Shown one piece after another: positions 24,060 through 34,102 of a stretch of DNA of 64,000 nt. Position 1 is the stretch's first letter. Each line of letters starts with the position of its first letter. The DNA lies in assembly GCA_963665325.3 (NCBI GenBank), contig CAXXWS020000004.1, forward strand, positions 192,001 to 256,000, written 5' to 3'. The translations under genes were made by a program, and so were the position numbers. The notes below the pieces were generated by a model that ran no database searches, was not told where the DNA came from, and was given only the letters and a program-made list of their open reading frames with translations. The DNA is from Alphaproteobacteria bacterium (GTDB taxonomy: Bacteria > Pseudomonadota > Alphaproteobacteria > Bin95).

Positions 24060-25081
24060 CAGCGCTTCAGTTCGGGATCATGAACCGGGGCCAGTTCCCC
24101 ATCGGCGACGACCCGAAGCTGCACTGGGACGAACTGGTCGAGCAGGCGCGGGCGGCCGAGCGGCTCAAATTCGATTCGATCATGAAGGGCTCGCACTACA
24201 GCTCCTGGCCGTTGATGGATTTCCAGCAGGTCCCGTTCCTGGCCCGCATGAGCGGCGAATGTCCGTCCCTACGCCTTCTCTGCGGCATCTGCCTGCTGCC
24301 GCTGCACAAGCCGCTCGATGTCGCGGAGACCTTCGCCAATCTCGATGTCATGAGCGGCGGCAAGCTCATCTTCGGTGTCGGGCTCGGCTACCGGGAAGTG
24401 GAATTCAAGGCGTTCGGCACAACGCAAAAGGATGCAGTGCCCCGCTTCGTCGAGAGTCTCGATGCGATCCGGCGGTTGTGGACCGAGGAGCGTGTGACGA
24501 TGAAGGGCTCGCATTTCGAGCTCATCGAGGCTGCCTGCACGGTCAAGCCGGTCCAGAAGCCGACTCCGCCCGTCTGGGTGGGCGCCAATGCCGACCGGGC
24601 GATCGAACGCGCCGCCCGGCTGACGGATGCCTGGTTCATCAACCCGCACAACACGGTGGCGACCACGGCCCGGCAGATGGAGGTGTACAAGCGCGCCCTC
24701 GACAAGGCGGGCAAGCCGATGCCGGCCGAACTGCCGATGATGCGCGAGGTCGTGGTGGGCCGGTCGCGCGAGGAAGCTATCCGCACTGCCGAACCCTATC
24801 TGATGGCGAAATACCGCGCCTACAAGGAATGGGGCCAGGACAAGGTTATGCCGGAGGGCGACGGCGATTTCGGTCAGGACTACGAGGACCTGCTGAAAGA
24901 CCGGTTCCTGTTCGGCTCGCCCGACGAGGTCGCGGAGCAGATCATCGGATATATCAACCGCTTCGGTATCAACCACTTCGTGTTCGGCATCCAGTATCCC
25001 GGCATGCCGCAAAGCATGGTGCTCGACGAGATGGCTATGCTTGCCGAAGAGGTGATCCCCATGGTGCGCTCTGGCGTCTAA
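24056..25081 (+). CDS. Luciferase-like (LLM) flavin/F420-dependent oxidoreductase
   Basis: LDVMSGGKLIFGVGLGYR, PVQKPTPPVWVG, GSPDEVAE. Confidence 0.9.
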   Translation: MTALQFGIMNRGQFPIGDDPKLHWDELVEQARAAERLKFDSIMKGSHYSSWPLMDFQQVPFLARMSGECPSLRLLCGICLLPLHKPLDVAETFANLDVMSGGKLIFGVGLGYREVEFKAFGTTQKDAVPRFVESLDAIRRLWTEERVTMKGSHFELIEAACTVKPVQKPTPPVWVGANADRAIERAARLTDAWFINPHNTVATTARQMEVYKRALDKAGKPMPAELPMMREVVVGRSREEAIRTAEPYLMAKYRAYKEWGQDKVMPEGDGDFGQDYEDLLKDRFLFGSPDEVAEQIIGYINRFGINHFVFGIQYPGMPQSMVLDEMAMLAEEVIPMVRSGV

Positions 25082-25332
25082 CCCGCATGTCCCAAAGGCT
25101 CACGGCCTGCGTCGCGTCCAAGCGTTCCATCCGCAAGGAGCGGGCCGAAAAAGCGTAGCAGAGCCTGCGGTTGAGGTCCGCGACGCCGCGCGCAACGCGG
25201 CAGTTTGTTCGGAGGCCGGCGGTTGTCCAGCCAACGGCGGTCGATTCATCCGGATCGAAGCGTGCTCCAAATAAACCGACGACCCACGATGCCATCGGTC
25301 TGGTCTGCCCCGCCGCTGCGAGGGCCCCTGGC

Positions 25333-26049
25333 CTAAAAGGCGAGCTTCGCTGCGCCAAGCATGCGCATGGTACGGCTGTCCTGAACCAGCAGCGCAACGC
25401 CGCCTGCAGTGTCCTGCTCCGTATCGACCTCGATTTCGCTTTCCATCGCCGCGCCGTGCCATTCGGCGACCTGCACAATCTCGCGCACGACATTGCTGTA
25501 GCTAAGGTGCCGCCCGGCATTCTCGCCGCGCTCGATATCCTGGTCGAGCTTGCGGGCGAAGCGCACCAGGTGGACGCGCGCCGCGCCGTCTCCCGCCGGC
25601 AACGCATAGCCGAGACGGCCCGGCCCGCGCCATTCGAGACTGACCTCGAGGCGCAATTCCGACGTGGCTTCCGCCTGGGCGATGGCTACCATTATCCGCT
25701 CTGCATCGAAGCCGACCACATCGTAGCGCCCATCGATCACCATCTGAGGGGTATAGACATTGCGGCGGCCGAGCACCGGGCTGTAGGCATATTGCCGGTC
25801 AGTTCCAGCCTTCGTGGCGAAGGGGTCCGGCCAGCCGAGACGGTCCCAGTAGTTCACATGGAAGCCGAGCGCGATTACGTCCTCCCGGTCCGCGAGACGG
25901 CCTAGGTTCCGGTCGGCGGGCGGACAGGACGAACAGCCTTGCGAAGTGAACAGCTCGACCACCACCGGCTTGGAGGAGCCCGCCCACGCCACAGCTGCGG
26001 CGAGCAGACCGGCTGCAACAAGCAGGACCCGCCCAAGGACAGCCATCAT
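25333..26049 (-). CDS. DUF1223 thioredoxin-like exported protein
   Basis: VVELFTSQGCSSCPPAD, HVNYWDRLGWPDPF, YTPQMV, GEN.G. Confidence 0.9.
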   Translation of the reverse strand: MMAVLGRVLLVAAGLLAAAVAWAGSSKPVVVELFTSQGCSSCPPADRNLGRLADREDVIALGFHVNYWDRLGWPDPFATKAGTDRQYAYSPVLGRRNVYTPQMVIDGRYDVVGFDAERIMVAIAQAEATSELRLEVSLEWRGPGRLGYALPAGDGAARVHLVRFARKLDQDIERGENAGRHLSYSNVVREIVQVAEWHGAAMESEIEVDTEQDTAGGVALLVQDSRTMRMLGAAKLAF

Positions 26050-26735
26050 TCGAACACCGCCACCGCCCGGATCGGGCTGCCGGTGCCGCCGCGAATCCTG
26101 AGCGGGAAGCCGATGAAACGGAACCGGCCGCGGCCGATCACCGCCTCCAGATTGGCGAGGCACTCCATATGCGTAATCCCGCGTTCGGCGCAGGCGCGGT
26201 GGGCGCGGAAGTTGAGTTCGCCCTCCGGAGCCGGGCTGACCGCCTCAACGCCGAACATTCCGATTCCCTTGTCGGCGAGCCAGTGGACCGACTCCGTCGC
26301 GAGTCCGGGGAACTCGTGCCCATAGGCCGGCGTGCCGAACATACGCCGGTTCACGCCCATGGCGAGCAGCACCGTATCTCCCTGGCGGATTTCCTCGCCG
26401 GACGCGGCTAACGCAGCTTCCATCTCTGCCACCGCCACCGCGTGGCGCGGCGGCGGCTCGCCGAGGTCGAGGCAGATCGCGGAGGTGTAGAAGCGCTCCA
26501 GCGCCATCCGGTCTATCGACTCAGCCTCAGGGTCGGGATCGAAATGGCAGAACGCATCGACATGCGTGCCGGAGTGGTCCGAGAGCGAGAGCGTCAGCGA
26601 TTTCGAAGTGAAGTCGAAGCCGCCGGCGCTCTTGATCTCCGAGTGGTCGTTCCAGACCGTCATCACCACCGGCGGGTGCGAGGGGTGGTGGGCGGTGCGG
26701 TGATGCAGTTCGCGGGAGAGATCGACGAGTTCCAT
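26046..26735 (-). CDS. Cyclase family (kynurenine formamidase-like) metallohydrolase
   Basis: HSGTHVDAFCHF, E.LANL, GGTGSPIRAVA. Confidence 0.88.
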   Translation of the reverse strand: MELVDLSRELHHRTAHHPSHPPVVMTVWNDHSEIKSAGGFDFTSKSLTLSLSDHSGTHVDAFCHFDPDPEAESIDRMALERFYTSAICLDLGEPPPRHAVAVAEMEAALAASGEEIRQGDTVLLAMGVNRRMFGTPAYGHEFPGLATESVHWLADKGIGMFGVEAVSPAPEGELNFRAHRACAERGITHMECLANLEAVIGRGRFRFIGFPLRIRGGTGSPIRAVAVFE

Positions 26736-27580
26736 CAGACCGGCCTGTCGCCTTCCAGCGTCACCCGGTGCATCGCCCGGCGGTAGCCCTGATAGTCGTT
26801 GAGCGCGTAATGCTGGGTGCAGCGATTGTCCCAGAACGCGATCGACCCCTGCTGCCAGCGGAACCGGCAGGTGAACTCCGGAAGCGCCGCCTGCCGGTAG
26901 AGGAAGTCCAGCAGCGGCCGGCTTTCCTCCGCGGTCCAGCCGTCGATCCGCCGTGTGAACGCTCCGTTGACGAACAGGCACTTGCGCCCGGTCTCCGGAT
27001 GGGTGCGCACCACGGGATGGCTGCTCTCGATGGTCTCGTCTACCTCGGTGAGCTTGGTGGTGCGTATCGAATTGGCGGCGTCGCGGCGGGCCTTGTTCGT
27101 GAATATGTCGGAGCTGTGGATGGCGCGCAGCCCCTCCAGCATTTCCTTCATGCCGTCCGACAGCGCCTCATAGGCACGATACTGGCTGGCGAACATCGTG
27201 TCGCCGCCCGCCGGCGGCACTTCCAGCGCATAGAGGATCGAGCCCAGCGCCGGCTCCGGGAGGTAGGTGACATCGGAATGCCAGACTCCGCCGATATTCC
27301 CGGTCGCCTCGGGCTCTTTCAGCACGGGGAGGATCTCGGGATGCCCCGGCAACGACTCGTAGTAACCGTGGATGTTGAGGTCGCCGAAACGCCGGCCCAC
27401 CTCCTTGTGGCTGTCGGGGTCCAGCGCCTGGTCCCGGAAGAAGATCACCTGATGGTCCAGGAAAGCCCGGTGAACCACGTCGAACTGTTCATCCGACAGC
27501 GAGTCCGCAAGATCGATGCCGTGGATTTCCGCACCAAGGGCTCCCGCTACCGGCCGAACCTCAATGCTGTTGGACTTCAT
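26735..27580 (-). CDS. TauD/TfdA Fe(II)/2-oxoglutarate dioxygenase
   Basis: WHSD, GGDTMF, HPVVRTHPETGRK, WDNRCTQH. Confidence 0.93.
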   Translation of the reverse strand: MKSNSIEVRPVAGALGAEIHGIDLADSLSDEQFDVVHRAFLDHQVIFFRDQALDPDSHKEVGRRFGDLNIHGYYESLPGHPEILPVLKEPEATGNIGGVWHSDVTYLPEPALGSILYALEVPPAGGDTMFASQYRAYEALSDGMKEMLEGLRAIHSSDIFTNKARRDAANSIRTTKLTEVDETIESSHPVVRTHPETGRKCLFVNGAFTRRIDGWTAEESRPLLDFLYRQAALPEFTCRFRWQQGSIAFWDNRCTQHYALNDYQGYRRAMHRVTLEGDRPV

Positions 27581-27640
27581 GGCCGTCCTCCCCTATCACT
27601 CCGCCGATAACCTACCCTATAGCTCCATAGACAACCAAGC

Positions 27641-28501
27641 ATGACGATGCCCGAACTACAGGGCTGCCTCGACCGGGCGGCCCGACGCCATGAGACAGCC
27701 TGTGGCGGCGGCCATATGGTCTGGCGCGAATGGGGCGCCGGGCCCACCGTGTTGCTACTGCACGGCTCCTTCGGCGCCTGGACGCACTGGCTGCGCAACA
27801 TCGAGGCGCTTTCGATGCATTTTCGTGTGCTGGCCTGCGACCTGCCGGGCATGGGCGAAAGCGCCCTGCCGCCGATGCCGTTCGATGCGGGCAGCCTTGC
27901 GGACATCCTGACGGAGGGGTTGGAGGAACTCGCGCCGGAACCGTTTCATCTGGTCGGCTTCTCTTTCGGCGGCATCGTCGGCGGCCATGTGGCCGTTCGC
28001 ACCATGCCGCGGGTGATGAGCTACACCGCAATCGGCTCGAACGCCCTCGGCCTGCCGATGGCTTCGAGAGCGCCGCTGCGCAAGCCCAACAGGAACATGA
28101 GCGAAGCGGAAATTCTCGATCTCCACCGCCACAATCTGGGCCTCCAGATGTTCGGCGACCCCGCGAGGATCGATGCCACCGCACTCGCAGTCCAGAACGC
28201 CAATACACGCCGGGCGCGCATCCGCTCCGGGAAGATCCCGGCAGGGGACAGCCTCGCCTGCAGGCTCGGCGAAATGGCGGCGGCCGGCCTGCCCCTCCAG
28301 GGCATCTGGGGCGAGCGCGACGCCACAGCAGGCGAACTGCTGCACACGCGGCGCGACCTGTTCCAGACCGTGCAGCCCGGCTGCCCCTTCCATGTCGTTC
28401 CCGGCGCCGGCCATTGGGCCGCGTTCGAGGCGCCGGACGAAGTGAACCGAATCCTCATCGACAGCCTGCCCGCCATGGAGACCCCACGTGCATGCCATTG
28501 A
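27641..28501 (+). CDS. Alpha/beta-fold hydrolase
   Basis: LLHG, DLPGMGES, GFSFGG nucleophile motif, AGHW. Confidence 0.88.
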   Translation: MTMPELQGCLDRAARRHETACGGGHMVWREWGAGPTVLLLHGSFGAWTHWLRNIEALSMHFRVLACDLPGMGESALPPMPFDAGSLADILTEGLEELAPEPFHLVGFSFGGIVGGHVAVRTMPRVMSYTAIGSNALGLPMASRAPLRKPNRNMSEAEILDLHRHNLGLQMFGDPARIDATALAVQNANTRRARIRSGKIPAGDSLACRLGEMAAAGLPLQGIWGERDATAGELLHTRRDLFQTVQPGCPFHVVPGAGHWAAFEAPDEVNRILIDSLPAMETPRACH

Positions 28502-29156
28502 AGCCATAGCCTCGCGCCGGTCCGTCCGCGCCTTCAAGCCGGACCCGGTGCCGCCGGAAGTCATCCGCGAGATCCTGGAGGTCTCGGCACGGGCGCCTTC
28601 CGGCACCAACATGCAGCCCTGGAAAGCGCGGGTCGTGACCGGCGCCGCACGCGAACGGCTGACCCGGGCGGCGCTTGCCGCCGGCATGAACGGGGCCGAA
28701 CTGAAGGCGGAGTACAAATACTATCCGGACCGCTTTCCGGAGCCCTATCTCACCCGCCGCCGCAAGGTCGGGTGGGACTTGTACGGCCTGCTCGGCATCC
28801 AGCGCGGCGAGACCGACAAGATGCGCGCCCAGCACGCCCGCAACCAGATGTTCTTCGATGCGCCGGTCGGCATCGTCTTCAGCGTCGACCGCGTGCTCGA
28901 GATTGGCAGCTGGCTCGACTACGGCATGTTCCTGGAGAATGTCATGGTAGCGGCGCGGGCTTTCGGCCTGCACAGCTGCCCCCAGGTGGCCTGGACGCCC
29001 TTTCACGAGACCGTTCGCGAAGTGCTCGGCATGCCGGAGGAAGAGGTGGTCGTGTGCGGCATGGCGCTCGGCTACGAGGACGAAAGCGCGGTCGAAAACA
29101 GCCTGCGCACCGAACGCGCGCCGCTATCGGACTGGGTCTCCTTCCACGAGGAGTGA
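28488..29156 (+). CDS. Nitroreductase family protein
   Basis: RRSVRAF, APSGTNMQPW, FFDAP, GMALGY. Confidence 0.92.
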   Translation: MHAIEAIASRRSVRAFKPDPVPPEVIREILEVSARAPSGTNMQPWKARVVTGAARERLTRAALAAGMNGAELKAEYKYYPDRFPEPYLTRRRKVGWDLYGLLGIQRGETDKMRAQHARNQMFFDAPVGIVFSVDRVLEIGSWLDYGMFLENVMVAARAFGLHSCPQVAWTPFHETVREVLGMPEEEVVVCGMALGYEDESAVENSLRTERAPLSDWVSFHEE

Positions 29157-29176
29157 AGCCGCGTCCGCCGGCCGGG

Positions 29177-29935
29177 CTACCGCAGCCCTCCGGTGACGAA
29201 GATCGTGTCGGCGGTGAGGTAGCTGGCGCCGTCGGAGCAGGCGAACAGGACCGTCTCGGCGATCTCTTCGGGCTGGGCCATTCGGCCGATGGGCATCTGC
29301 TCCGCATAGCCCTGCAGCACTTCGGGCGGCGTGTTGTCGTGGAAGGGCGTATCCACCAGTCCCGGCGAGATCGACAGGCAGCGCACGCCCCGGCTGGCGA
29401 ACTCCCTGCCGATGCCAAGCGTCATCGTGTGGACGGCGCCCTTCGACGAGGCGTAGTGGACCGAGTTACCCGCGCCGCCGATCCGGGCGGCCACGCTTGC
29501 GATATTGACGATCACGCCGCCGCCCCTCTCCAGCATGTGCGGCAGGACGGCCTGGGCGCCGTTGAAGGTGCCGCGGACATTGAGGGCGTAGGTGCGCTCC
29601 CAGAGATCTTCGGTAATCTCGAGGAAGGGCTTCCGCGCCAGCGCCGCGCCCGCGGCATTGAGTTCGAAATCCACCCGCCCGAAATCGGCGATGGCCCGGG
29701 CGACGGCCGCATCGACCTCGGCGCGCACGGTTACATCGCAGCCGACGAAGCTCGCCCGCGCGCCGAGCTGGATGACCTGGTTGGCCGTGCGCTCGGCGGC
29801 CTCGGGGTCGATATCGGCGCAGACCGTATTCGCCCCTTCCCGCGCAAACACCAGCGCCGTTTCGCGCCCGATGCCGCTGCCGGCGCCGGTTATCAGGATG
29901 GTCTTGTCCTTGAAGTAGTCCGGATCCCTGGGCAT
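29177..29935 (-). CDS. Short-chain dehydrogenase/reductase
   Basis: TGAGSGIG, NAAG, YASSK. Confidence 0.92.
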   Translation of the reverse strand: MPRDPDYFKDKTILITGAGSGIGRETALVFAREGANTVCADIDPEAAERTANQVIQLGARASFVGCDVTVRAEVDAAVARAIADFGRVDFELNAAGAALARKPFLEITEDLWERTYALNVRGTFNGAQAVLPHMLERGGGVIVNIASVAARIGGAGNSVHYASSKGAVHTMTLGIGREFASRGVRCLSISPGLVDTPFHDNTPPEVLQGYAEQMPIGRMAQPEEIAETVLFACSDGASYLTADTIFVTGGLR

Positions 29936-29960
29936 TGCGCTTCCCTCGGATCGCCGGCGC

Positions 29961-30752
29961 CTAGTTGAGCCAGCGTTTGCGGCGGCGATAATGCTTTACA
30001 TTGCGGTAGGACCTCTTCTCGCCATGCTCGCTGATGCCGAGATAGAACTCCTTGATATCGGCGTTCTCGCCAAGCTCGGAGGCCGGCCCGTCCATGACGA
30101 TGGCCCCGTTCTCCATCACATAGCCGTGGTCGGCGATGGCGAGCGCGAGCGCGGCGTTCTGCTCCACCAGCAGCACCGTCACGCCCTGCTCCTTGTTGAG
30201 CTTGCTTATGATGCCGAAGATCTCCTCGATGATCATCGGGGCCAGCCCCAACGACGGCTCGTCGAGCAGGACGATCTTGGGGTCCGACATCAACGCCCGG
30301 CCGATCGCCAGCATTTGCTGCTCGCCGCCCGACAGGTAGCCGGCCTGCACATGCCGGCGCTCCGCAATTCGCGGAAAGTAGCCATAGACCAGTTCCTTGC
30401 GCTGCTTCATGACAGCGCTCGACTGGATATGGCCGCCGGCGATCAGGTTCTCGTCGGCCGACAGGTTGACGAAGACCCGCCGCCCCTCGAAGACCTGAAC
30501 GATGCCTTTCTTGACGATGTCATGGGCTTCGAAAAGGTCGATGCGCTCGCCGTCAAGGTCGATGGAGCCGCGCGTAACCGCGCCGCGCTCGGGCTTCAGC
30601 AGGCCGGAAATTGCCTTGAGCGTGGTCGTCTTGCCGGCGCCGTTGGCGCCCAGCACGGTCGTGATCCGGCCTTCGGGCACCTCGATCGAACAGCCCTTCA
30701 GCACCAGGATCACATTGTCGTAAACGACCTCGATATTGTTGAGATTCAGCAT
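29961..30752 (-). CDS. Liv-type ABC transporter ATP-binding protein (LivF-like)
   Basis: GANGAGKT, LSGGEQQM, LLDEPSLGLAP. Confidence 0.93.
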   Translation of the reverse strand: MLNLNNIEVVYDNVILVLKGCSIEVPEGRITTVLGANGAGKTTTLKAISGLLKPERGAVTRGSIDLDGERIDLFEAHDIVKKGIVQVFEGRRVFVNLSADENLIAGGHIQSSAVMKQRKELVYGYFPRIAERRHVQAGYLSGGEQQMLAIGRALMSDPKIVLLDEPSLGLAPMIIEEIFGIISKLNKEQGVTVLLVEQNAALALAIADHGYVMENGAIVMDGPASELGENADIKEFYLGISEHGEKRSYRNVKHYRRRKRWLN

Positions 30753-30792
30753 CGCCTCATGTCCGGGCCGTCCGGTTGAAAATGGTCAAAGC

Positions 30793-30814
30793 GGCGGGAC
30801 CCGAAGGCCCCGCC
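30793..30814 (-). terminator. Stem-loop after the substrate-binding protein gene (terminator or mRNA stabiliser)
   Basis: On -: GGCGGGGCC-TTCG-GGTCCCGCC followed by GCTTT. Confidence 0.55.
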
Positions 30815-30833
30815 AAAGTCCTTTGCGCAAGCC

Positions 30834-32078
30834 TTACTGGCGGCTCGCATCCGCTTTCAGCAGTTCCACCACGGTGTCGCGGTAGCCCTGGAACCAGTCG
30901 GTGGTCGGCACGAAGTTGGCGCCCTGGACCTGGAAGATGCGCACCCAGCCGCCGCCTTCATGGTCGAAGCCGGTTATCTCCATCGGTGGAACCAGGCCGC
31001 CCAGCGTGAAGCCCTCGATCTGCTCCATGCCATTCTTCACGTCCTCACCGACGATGTCGCCGGAGCCCTTGGCCTTGATCGCATTCTCGATGGCCTTGAG
31101 ATGGATGGCCGCCACGAAAACGCCGCGGTTGTAATAGACCGTCGAGGCCATCGCATCCGGCGCGTCCTTGCCCTGGGCCTTGTACATGGCGCGGATATCG
31201 TCGAGCACCGGGTAGTCGCTGCCGACGCCGGCGAACTGCATCGCCGAATAGCCCTCGACCCGGTCGAAGCCGCCTGCCGCCGCGATATCCGCCTCGCCGC
31301 CGGCCCACACGAAGCCGAGCACCTTCTCGAGCGGATAGCCGGCGCGTTTGAACTCCTTCATCGACACCGACGGCGCCCGCCCGAACAGGTGGGACAGCAC
31401 GAAGTCCGCACGATAGCGGCGCGTGATGTCGAGCACCTGCGCGGACATCTCGATGCCGGGAGGCGGCACGGCGAATTCCTTCAGCTCGTAGCCGAGCTCG
31501 TCGCGCAGCTTGTGCAGCACGGGCAACGGCTCGCGGCCCGCCGGGTTGTCATAGTAGATGTAGGCGATCTTCTTGCCCTTGAGGTCCCCGCCGAGCTGCG
31601 TGCGGACATATTCGAGCCCTGCCGCCGCCTGGCTCCAGTAGGAAGCCGCGATCGGGAAGATATAGGGGAACTTCTCGCCATTGGCCGCCGCGGCGGTGCC
31701 GAAGCCCGGAGACGTGCCCGGGATCTTGTCTTCGGTCAGCTTCTGCGTCAGCGCTTGCGTGTGCGGCGTGCCGTAGAGGCCGATCAGGACGGCGCCTTCC
31801 TTCTTGTGCAGCGCATAAGCCTCGACGCCCGCCGGGACCTTGTACTCATGGTCGATCTCGATAGGCTTGATCGTGTGCCCCTCGATACCGCCCCTGGAGT
31901 TCACGAGGCTCACATAGTCGTGGTAGCCGGGGCACAGGAACGTGCCCACGGTCTGCGTCGGGCCGGTGCGGTCGCACTGCAGGCCGATGACGATCTCGGC
32001 CGCTCCGGCCGAAGTCGCCGCCCCCGCCGCGGCCATTGCGAGGCCCGCGCCGAAGAGCAGTTTGTCGAGACGTCTCAT
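30834..32078 (-). CDS. Liv-type ABC substrate-binding protein
   Basis: Signal peptide, DRTGPT, DHEYKVP, periplasmic binding protein pattern. Confidence 0.9.
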   Translation of the reverse strand: MRRLDKLLFGAGLAMAAAGAATSAGAAEIVIGLQCDRTGPTQTVGTFLCPGYHDYVSLVNSRGGIEGHTIKPIEIDHEYKVPAGVEAYALHKKEGAVLIGLYGTPHTQALTQKLTEDKIPGTSPGFGTAAAANGEKFPYIFPIAASYWSQAAAGLEYVRTQLGGDLKGKKIAYIYYDNPAGREPLPVLHKLRDELGYELKEFAVPPPGIEMSAQVLDITRRYRADFVLSHLFGRAPSVSMKEFKRAGYPLEKVLGFVWAGGEADIAAAGGFDRVEGYSAMQFAGVGSDYPVLDDIRAMYKAQGKDAPDAMASTVYYNRGVFVAAIHLKAIENAIKAKGSGDIVGEDVKNGMEQIEGFTLGGLVPPMEITGFDHEGGGWVRIFQVQGANFVPTTDWFQGYRDTVVELLKADASRQ

Positions 32079-32106
32079 TCCACGTCCTCCCTTCGCGTTT
32101 TGAGGG

Positions 32107-33174
32107 CTAGTAGGAGAAAGGCCATACCCGGAAGTAGTTCCGGATATTGAGCCACAGGCGGTTGAGGCCCTCGGGCTCCACCACCAGGAAGAACATGATC
32201 AGCGCGCCGAACAGGATAAGCCGGAACTGCGCCGTCACCTGGGCGAGAATCACCGGGTCGAAGAAGAACGCTCCGAACGAATCCATAAAGATACGGATCA
32301 CGATCGGAAGCAAGGTGATGAATATGGCGCCGAAGACAGAGCCCAGCACCGAGCCCAGCCCGCCGATGATGACCATCGCCAGATAATCGATGGAGACAAC
32401 GATCAGGAACTGCTCGTAGTTGGCGATACTGAGATAGTAGGTGTAGAGCACGCCCGCCACGCCGGCGTAGAAGGACGAGATGGCGAAGGCGTAGAGCTTG
32501 TAGCGGAAGACGTTGATGCCGATGATCTCGGCTGCAATGTCCTGGTCGCGAATGGCGATGAAGGCGCGCCCGACGCGCGAGCGCACGAGGTTCATCGTCG
32601 CGACGATGGCGATGACCGCGAAGGCCATCAGGAAGTAGTAGAGCTCGATTTCGGTGTTCATCGCCTCGCCGAAGACGACCGGGCGCGGCACCTCGATGGA
32701 CGCCTGCACACCGCCGGAAATCGCCGGCGTGTGGTTGATGACCCATTCGATGATGAACTGCGCGGCGAGCGTGGCGATGGCGAGGTAAAGGCCCTTGATG
32801 CGCAGCGACGGGATACCGACCAGAACGCCCACGGCGGCCGCCATGATGCCGCCCGACGGCACCGCCAGCCAGAAGGGCCAGTCGAGCTTGGTAATCAGGT
32901 TCGCGGCCGTATAGGCGCCCACCGACATGAATGCCGCATGGCCGATGGAGATCTGCCCCGTGTAGCCCAGCAGGATGTTCAGCCCGAGCGCGCCGACGAC
33001 GGCGATGGAAATCAGGCAGAGGATCGACAGGTAATAGGGGTCGAGGAACAGCGGTATCACGACCAGGAAGATAAATCCGACAAGTGCCACCGACCACCGT
33101 CCGACGGGCAGCGGGTAGAAGGCCATGTCCCCCTTGTAGGTCGTCTTGTAGTAACCGCTCTCGCGATGGAACAT
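32107..33174 (-). CDS. Liv-type ABC permease (LivM-like)
   Basis: GLNILLGYTGQISIGHAAF, LRIKGLYLAIATL, IIGGLGS. Confidence 0.92.
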   Translation of the reverse strand: MFHRESGYYKTTYKGDMAFYPLPVGRWSVALVGFIFLVVIPLFLDPYYLSILCLISIAVVGALGLNILLGYTGQISIGHAAFMSVGAYTAANLITKLDWPFWLAVPSGGIMAAAVGVLVGIPSLRIKGLYLAIATLAAQFIIEWVINHTPAISGGVQASIEVPRPVVFGEAMNTEIELYYFLMAFAVIAIVATMNLVRSRVGRAFIAIRDQDIAAEIIGINVFRYKLYAFAISSFYAGVAGVLYTYYLSIANYEQFLIVVSIDYLAMVIIGGLGSVLGSVFGAIFITLLPIVIRIFMDSFGAFFFDPVILAQVTAQFRLILFGALIMFFLVVEPEGLNRLWLNIRNYFRVWPFSY

Positions 33175-33180
33175 GGGAGA

Positions 33181-34086
33181 TCAGATCCTCTCGATGATCG
33201 GCTTGCCGAACAGCCCGTAGGGCTTGAACATCAGCATCAGGATCATGAGCACATAGGGCGTGAAGTCCTTGGTGCCGCCCCCCACCATTGGGTCGAGATA
33301 GCCGGCAGCCAGATTCTCTACGACGCCGACGATGATGCCGCCGACGATCACGCCGACGATCGAGTCCAGGCCGCCCAGGATCACCACCGGGAACACCTTG
33401 AGGCCGATGATCGCAAGCTGCGTGTCGACGCCCAGCAGGCTGCCCCAGATGACCCCGCCGAGCGCGGCCACGACGCCGGCCATCACCCAGGCGAGCGCGA
33501 AATAGCGCTGCACATTGATGCCCATCGCCATCGACACCTGGTGGCTGTCGGCAACCGCGCGCATGGCGACGCCCTTGCGGCTCTTGAGGAAGAACCAGCC
33601 GAAACCGAGCAGGAAGATCACAGCCGCCGCGGCGCCGAGCAGGTGGATCGGGTTCAGGTAGATGAAGTGGTCGCCGATGATGATCGGCGCGTCGTCGATC
33701 GGCAGGTTCAGCGGGCGCGTCTCGGCGCCGAAGAAGAACGGCCCGGCGCCGCGCAACAGCGCCGCAAGGCCGATGGTCGCCATGATGATCGCCACAATCG
33801 GGCGTCCGATCATCGGCCGCAGCACGGTGCGCTCGAGCCCGACATTGAAGAGCACCATGAACGCGACCGAGAGCGAGATCGCCAGCCAGAGCGGCAAGCC
33901 GTAGGAGGCCGCGCTGGCGCCGACGATGATGCCCGCGATCATGACGAATTCGCCCTGGGCGAAGTTGATCGCGTCAGTGGACTTGTAGATCAGCACGAAA
34001 CCCAGCGCGATCAGCGAATACATCAGGCCGATCAGGACGCCGGAGACCAGCAGCTCCAGGAAAAAGCCCCAATTGAAGTCTTCCAT
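33181..34086 (-). CDS. Liv-type ABC permease (LivH-like)
   Basis: YSLIALGFVLIY, INFAQGE, ILGGLDS. Confidence 0.92.
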   Translation of the reverse strand: MEDFNWGFFLELLVSGVLIGLMYSLIALGFVLIYKSTDAINFAQGEFVMIAGIIVGASAASYGLPLWLAISLSVAFMVLFNVGLERTVLRPMIGRPIVAIIMATIGLAALLRGAGPFFFGAETRPLNLPIDDAPIIIGDHFIYLNPIHLLGAAAAVIFLLGFGWFFLKSRKGVAMRAVADSHQVSMAMGINVQRYFALAWVMAGVVAALGGVIWGSLLGVDTQLAIIGLKVFPVVILGGLDSIVGVIVGGIIVGVVENLAAGYLDPMVGGGTKDFTPYVLMILMLMFKPYGLFGKPIIERI

Positions 34087-34102
34087 GGGAGATGCGTTCC
34101 TC

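Noticed and set aside
25082-25332. Possible ncRNA in the 250-bp convergent spacer
   Set aside because: No recognisable motif, second copy or strong structure seen.
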